Positions 58,049-64,000 of a stretch of 64,000 bases of DNA are shown piece after piece. Made by a program: the position numbers and the translations under genes. Numbering within the stretch: position 1 is the first letter of the stretch; the number at the start of each line of letters is the position of its first letter. This DNA comes from Massalongia carnosa (Eukaryota), in the NCBI GenBank assembly GCA_965645245.1, contig OZ287087.1, positions 1,364,001-1,428,000 on the forward strand, written 5' to 3'. Under the pieces are notes generated by a model. It was given only the letters and a program-made list of their open reading frames with translations, searched no databases and had not been told where the DNA came from.

Positions 58049-59203
58049 TCATTGCCTTGATGGGAGAGGCATCGAATTTGGGTTAGAGGGTTGATTTTTT
58101 CCATTTGTACAGTCCATCGCCCGATGTTGCTTTCCACATTTCTCGCACACATGTTGGAATCTACAATATACGGGACAGTCTTTGCCATAGTTGTATTTCT
58201 TACAGATAATCTTTTCGCCTGAGGTTTTGAAAGCCGTAGAATTATCGTCCGGTTTTGCAAAGTAAGCGGACGGTTTCCGCACAAGATGCCTTTCCAAGGA
58301 ATGGTCCATTTCTTTCCATCCATCCGGGTTGTCAATCCCGCGAAAGGCTCGAGATTTGTGGAAATTCAAATGAAAGATGCGAACCGAGTCCCAGGTGTAG
58401 AAGGCGTATAATGATAGAAGATGGTCCTGATAAGCCATGAAGGCTCTCATCAGGTTTATCTGGAGACCGGGGTGTGCAAAGTGTAGTAGTATCATCCAAT
58501 ATACCCCGAGACATCGTATCAAATGAACTATCCCTTTGATATCTTTTAAGGAGCCATCTTCTTCTCTCGTGGCGATTTCCAGACCTTCTCCGAGTTTGAC
58601 GTATCTAGAGTTGGTTTGAACTCCGTCGATGTCGGTACATAGCTTGGTAATGTTGATTGGGTCAAACGTATTCTCGGAGATTTGCTTTATCCATATGGGC
58701 TTGATAGTGGGATATTCGTTCATAAGAGAAACAAAACGAGGATCCATACCTTCTGTATACAATGAGTTTGGTCGATGCGGTGGAAATGATGTCGGAAATA
58801 ATAGGGAAGGCTGTTGAGCTGAGGCTACTGGCCCAGGGACCACGTCTCGGGCACGTGCTTGTTGGGTTTCGATATCCCGCCTAAGACTTACTCTTTCTCT
58901 TTCCTCGGCTTCCCTGCGGGACATTTCGCGTTGTGCTCTAAGTTCAATAATGTCATCAGGGGTGCGAGAACGGGTTTCCGGTATAACAGGCCCTTGTGAG
59001 GAGGAATTAAACGCTGAAGATGGAAGAGGAGAAGGTTGAGGATGGCTTTGAAGGGTTGCCGTGCTGTCTTGTGAGTCGGGTACTTCGACGTCTGGGTTGG
59101 AGTTGGCTAGATTTGCCCTAGCTCTAGTTCTAGTACGGGCTAGAGTGCTGCCTTGTGTGCGGGAGGTAGGCTTGGTGATTCTGTTGGAGATGCGGGTGGC
59201 CAT
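58049..59203 (-). CDS. Ngaro gag-like ORF1
   Basis: Open ORF from MATRISN; C-terminal CKKYN..C...C...HVCEKC...H....C zinc motifs. Confidence 0.85.
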   Translation of the reverse strand: MATRISNRITKPTSRTQGSTLARTRTRARANLANSNPDVEVPDSQDSTATLQSHPQPSPLPSSAFNSSSQGPVIPETRSRTPDDIIELRAQREMSRREAEERERVSLRRDIETQQARARDVVPGPVASAQQPSLLFPTSFPPHRPNSLYTEGMDPRFVSLMNEYPTIKPIWIKQISENTFDPINITKLCTDIDGVQTNSRYVKLGEGLEIATREEDGSLKDIKGIVHLIRCLGVYWMILLHFAHPGLQINLMRAFMAYQDHLLSLYAFYTWDSVRIFHLNFHKSRAFRGIDNPDGWKEMDHSLERHLVRKPSAYFAKPDDNSTAFKTSGEKIICKKYNYGKDCPVYCRFQHVCEKCGKQHRAMDCTNGKNQPSNPNSMPLPSRQ

Positions 59204-62200
59204 TTTTGGAGGAGAGGGATTTGAATAGAGTAAATTTAAGTGTAGTGGTTGTATAAATTTGAATTGGGTGAAAAGAAAACGTTGCAAACAGTGCTATCAA
59301 AATGCTATGCTTTTTGATTGTCTTGAGATGTGAGATGATGAGGGATACCGTCTGGGACCTCCTCTTTATATATCTTCTTCCTATTCTCCTTGTCCTACTC
59401 TACCATCCCAGTATGCCCCATCAACGCGGCCCATAGCAAGGCATACACAAATCCGAAACCTAACTGTCGTCCGAAGGATCGATGCGGTGCTAAGATCTCT
59501 ATGCCGTGCTGAGACATCCTTATGGTGCTGAGACATCTATGCCGTCCGAGAGATCCATGCGGTGCCGAAATCAAAGCGGGAGCTGTCTCGATTAACGACG
59601 CACTAGCTCTCAGCATAGCCGAACTAGATAGTACGCAAAATGAGCGCCACGAGGAGGACGTCCACGGCCACGGCCAGTGGGACGTGATCGATCAAGTGGC
59701 TGCGAGGGACTTGCACCGGAGCGAGTACGTCGTTCAAGTACGAAGTTACCACCACCAGAGATCTCTTAAGCACGCGGGGCCCTATTGTGTCGAGGATTGA
59801 GAGGTTGAGTGGGTGGCTGGTACGTAACTCTACTCGGACGGGATGGTTGTTCCAGTACTTGCTGGTCGTTGAACAGCTGTTGATCGAGGAGAATTTGATC
59901 ATCTTCCTCTAGTGTGGGCGAAGCCAAAGCCTCGCTGAGTTCGCTAAGAATGGAATCTTCAGGTAGCTGAGGAGGGCTTGCTGTACCCATACGAGAAGCG
60001 TCAGGAGTAAGGAGCTGCATCTGCTGAGGCGACTTATTCGTGCTGGTTGCTCGAGTAGGCGGAGTTGATGGCTGATCAGACGACTCTGTGGCCAGGGAAA
60101 GCTCTTGAGTGTAACGAAGCGTTTGCTCAGGCGTGTAGAGGTCGTCGGCAGTGACTTGTTCCTCAGGCATGGTGAGGTCAAGTATATCGATTTCTTCTTC
60201 AGCAACCTTGGGAGCGTGTAGCTTGTGCTCAAGATCGTCTTTGTACATGAGATCATGCTTGAAGATAACATCTCGGGTGCGAATGACGCGTCGGCTATGA
60301 TGGATCCAAACACGAAAGATGTTTGTCGAATCGTAGCCAAGAAGGTAGCCAATGTGGACTCGAGAGGACGTTTTGTCGGCTGCGTCGAGGTCGCGATTGA
60401 GCATGTACGCTCGGCAGCCGATGGGAGCGTAGTGAGATATCGTAGGTTTGTAGCCATAGATGACCTCATACGGCGTGCGCCATTGGTTCGAGCGAGTGGG
60501 CGTGGTGTTGAGCAGTTGGATGGCCGTAATCGTGAGCTCGTTGACGAGGTCCTGCGGGAGATCTGAGGCGATTCGAAGGGCGCGAGTGCGCGTCATGATC
60601 GATTTGCCAGCAGACTCTTGAAGACCTTTGGGCTCATCGGTGTCCGCTGGGGTACGTTCGACCTTCATACCAACATCTCTGAGAGATCTTACATGACCTT
60701 TGGTCCATCCGCGTTCGTTGTCAGATCGAACTACGAGTACAATATACTTGTAGCCAAATTGACGCTGAATCTTCTCGATGATCCGATAGACTGCAGGGAC
60801 TATCACCTCATCTCCGCGGGGTGGGAGAGTTTCTCCTTCGTGCCACTTAGAGAACTGACAGACGGCATGAAGGAGATATTTGTCGCCGTTGTAGCAGGAT
60901 TGGCCAGTGGGGATAAGCTGAACGATGTCGATAGCAATTCGCTCAAACGGTCTTGTAGCTGGGTGCTCTGGTGGGCGGCGAGAGATCTGTTCATTCATCT
61001 TCGTCTTGATGCAGTCTTCCCGCACTCCTTCCACGTGGTAGCTGAGTCGCCATCAATGAGGCGTAAGCCGTTCACGGCGTACTCAAGGTAGGCAATGGTG
61101 TCGGGCCCTGGATGGGCGTAGAGGTGATGTGCTTGAAGCGGAGTTACTTCAATGTCAGGCTTCGGATCACGGGAGGGGCGAGGCGTTCGAGTAGCCATCG
61201 CTAAGTGGGGTGGTGTGCTAGACTTGGAGCCTGGATGGGCGTCGATAAGCCAGTGTCCATTGTTATACTCAAGGAGAGCAACAGTCTCATTAGTCTTGGC
61301 CCGATAGATCAGGTCGCTGCCTGAGTCGAAGTGGAGGCCCAGGGTTCGACAGCGAGAGAGTCCAAGAATGTTGGAGAAGAAGGTTGGGACGTAAGCGACG
61401 TTCGTGAGTCGTATGTTCCGCACGCCTTCAGGGGCGTTGATAAGAATCTCAACCGAACCGTACTCAGTGACGGGCATGAGTTGAGAGCCAGCATAGATCA
61501 CCTCCGTGGCACCAGCCTAGTGCGAGTGGATCCATGACCAAGCCTTCGAGTTGGTGACGTGGATTTTGGAGCCAGGGTCCATAATCCATCAGTTGAAGAA
61601 AGCCGGGGGTTCATCAGGCTGATGAGTGGAGAAGGTTCCCTTCGGCTGCCAGTGGGCAGCGGCTATAGCCGTTGAAGGTGGAGATGATCCATCATCAAAC
61701 TGATTGTTGTACTGGATCGAGGACGCTAAAGTAGCGTTGGAGCATGAGGTGGACCTAGGCGCCTTAGCATCGTCAAAGGCCATAGCGTTGGTCGAGGTGA
61801 AAGGCTTCACTGAAGAGATATCGGATGAGCGTTGCCGTTCGCGTTCAGCAGATTCAAGAGCCTTGTCAAAGCGAGTTTTGACGCCTGGACTCTTGCGAGC
61901 TTCTTCAAAACCGGCCGATATCGTCCTGTCAGCCTTCCAACCTGACGGGCGTTTGGCTGGAACGAAGTAAGGGCAGTCCTTGTACCAATGAGCTACTCCA
62001 CAGTAGCAATCGCGTGGTGGCTGACGGGAGCGAGAGCCAGAGCGGTTGCCGGGTTGAAATGGAGTAGTAGAGCATGGAGATGGGCTCTTAGAAGAAGGAC
62101 CTCCCTGGTTATCAGACGCAACGCCGAGGGTGGCGCCGAAAGTACCGTTCTGGTTGGTACTCCCGATGATGCGATAGAACTGACGGAAGTCGGCAATGAG

Positions 62201-62925
62201 AGTACTCACTTCGGGAACCGAGGAGACCTTGGACGAGTCGTTGATGAGGGCGAGTAGTTTGACAAGCTCCTGAGTGGCCCATGTAGTGTGGACGTGCATG
62301 ACTGAATTGAGGAAGGCCTCCTGTACCTGACCGTCTTTCATCTCCGGCATATCTAGAGATTTCATGAGGTCGGTGACACGTAACCATTCCTGGAGCCAAT
62401 TGTCTATTGATTGGTTGCGAGCTCGGCGAGGGTTACGGATTGCGTCGTACGCCTCTCGAATCTCGCGTTTTCGGGTTGGGTCAGAAGGAGCAATGTGAGC
62501 GCTCAGGGTGCTGAGGCGTTCCCACACGCTCTTCTTGCCCTTGATGAGCGCTTGATAGTGGGCAGCAATCGAGCTGTTCATGTTGATGAACATGGTGTCT
62601 AGAGCGTCGCGTTGTCGAATCCACTTGCTGTGTTGGTACTGCCATTGGGAGAGCTCGTGGCCATGCATCTTGAGCTCAGCATCTTTGGAGTCTCCAGCAG
62701 GGAGGCCAGGATGTATGGGTTCCGTGGGCTCCTCGGGCTGAGTGGCGAGAGCAGGATTGCAGTACGCCCAAACACTTTTAGCAGTGGCGTAATCCTCATA
62801 TCCAAAAATCCAGGAGGACCAGTTTTCAGGCTTCGAGAGCACCACAGTGGTGATCGTCACCTTCTGCTTGACTTCCGCGGACAAGATGAGATGGAGCGTG
62901 ATAGACGTCCGAGTAATCTCAACAA

Positions 62926-64000
62926 TTGATGGAAAGCGACCTTATCACCTTCATTCAAGATACCATCACAGTCCAAAATGCCGCCTCAGAAAGAAGAGCC
63001 TCATCCATGGAACCAGCTTCGAGCACTGAAAATCCGCTTAGCACCGAGCGACTCAGCACGCTGCATAGAGATCGAGAACAAATATCACAGATTATGCAAG
63101 GGATCAGGCAAGCAGGATATTGAAACATGGTTAGAAAAATGGCAAACAGTCTACACCGATGGCAAGGCATATGGATTGGTGAAATGATGGGAACACGGCC
63201 TATTCGTGATTTTATAATGGCCGTTCTTCCCACCGAACCTTCATTTGCCAACGCCCACCTGATTACTTTAGACAGCAAGGAAGAGAAAGATTTCCACCCG
63301 CTAATTGAGAGCTTTCGCAAATATGTTCGCCTGCATCAATCGCAAAAAATAAGAATAGCAACACGCATTCAGCTTTTGCAACCGAGAAAAAGAAGGAAGG
63401 ACAGGGAGCGAAATTTAATGGGCAAAAAACGCCTCCCAATGTCTTTGTGGGTCCGTTTATTGGTACAATGACTGCTACTATCTAGTACCAGAGAAGCGGC
63501 CCTCAAATTGGACTTCCAGACCCCAAATTCAAACACAGATTGATGGAGCAATATAAGACCAGCAGTTGAAAGCTAAAGTGGAAAAATCCCTTCAGCCATC
63601 AAAGGAAATACAACAATCAAAAGCCACTAAAACCACCAACACCAACACCAGTACTACTGAGAAGGAGTTAGGCGCTTTTACATCTACTAAAACATCGTCA
63701 TCATTCTCGGCAGATAGCTACACAATCAAGAGCTCATGGATATTGGATAACGGGTCTAATATCCATGTATGCAACAACACCATGAAATCGCGCTACACAC
63801 AGAAAAGGAAATCAATAGGAGAGTATCTAACTGCGGGCACCCAACGCCTAGCAATAGAAAGCTATGGTACGGTCGAAATCACCGTATCAAATCCTACCGG
63901 ACCTCAAAGCATCACACTTCTAAATGTAGCCTATGTATCCAACTTCATGACCAACCTAGTTTCTCAGGACTTGCTCTATGTGAAAGGCCTTTACTTTGAT
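62926..64000 (+). pseudogene. Copia-3 gag/protease relic running off the window end
   Basis: LRALKIRLAPSD, ETWLEKW, a Cys knuckle, SWILDNGSNIHVCN, LLNVAYV; several frameshifts and stops. Confidence 0.82.

Larger units (their letters stand above)
54688..59627 (-). mobile_element. Tyrosine-recombinase retrotransposon, Ngaro type (split direct repeats A1-ORFs-B1-A2-B2)
   Basis: A1 59272-59627 = A2 54876-55231 (356 bp); B1 55231-55379 = B2 54688-54836 (149 bp); gag, RT/RH and YR ORFs; no TSD. Confidence 0.95.
51401..62925 (-). mobile_element. Copia-2, lacking its 5' LTR, interrupted by pogo-2 and the Ngaro element
   Basis: Probable 3' LTR 51401-51587 (TG..CA) next to PPT TGGGGG; gag 62884-61589; WIMDPGS protease; integrase 61034-59766; RT end and RNase H 54687-53626 (SDASFAD, YCDN, KHVDI). 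Confidence 0.88.

Overview
Fungal (probably filamentous ascomycete) nuclear DNA made almost entirely of nested transposable elements, most with boundaries fixed by TSDs. In order: a degenerate CACTA/EnSpm-like transposase with a divergent spliced gene; a MULE; a Tad1-like LINE interrupted by a pogo/Fot1 element, itself interrupted by a chromoviral Ty3/Gypsy; a Copia; a second LINE relic hit by four solo LTRs, one hosting an intact Gypsy; three Tc1-like elements; a second MULE; a second pogo; and a Copia carrying an apparently intact Ngaro-type tyrosine-recombinase retrotransposon. Two things the ORF track does not show: (1) a 638-bp non-coding retroposon (6922-7559, 12-bp TSD, TAA tail) whose first nucleotide is G1 of a hand-folded HDV-like self-cleaving ribozyme; (2) a tandemly duplicated 3-exon gene for a small secreted Cys-rich protein, one copy intact (47939-48502) and one with a nonsense codon (40490-41053). 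All calls come from reading the sequence by eye; no searches or folding programs were run.
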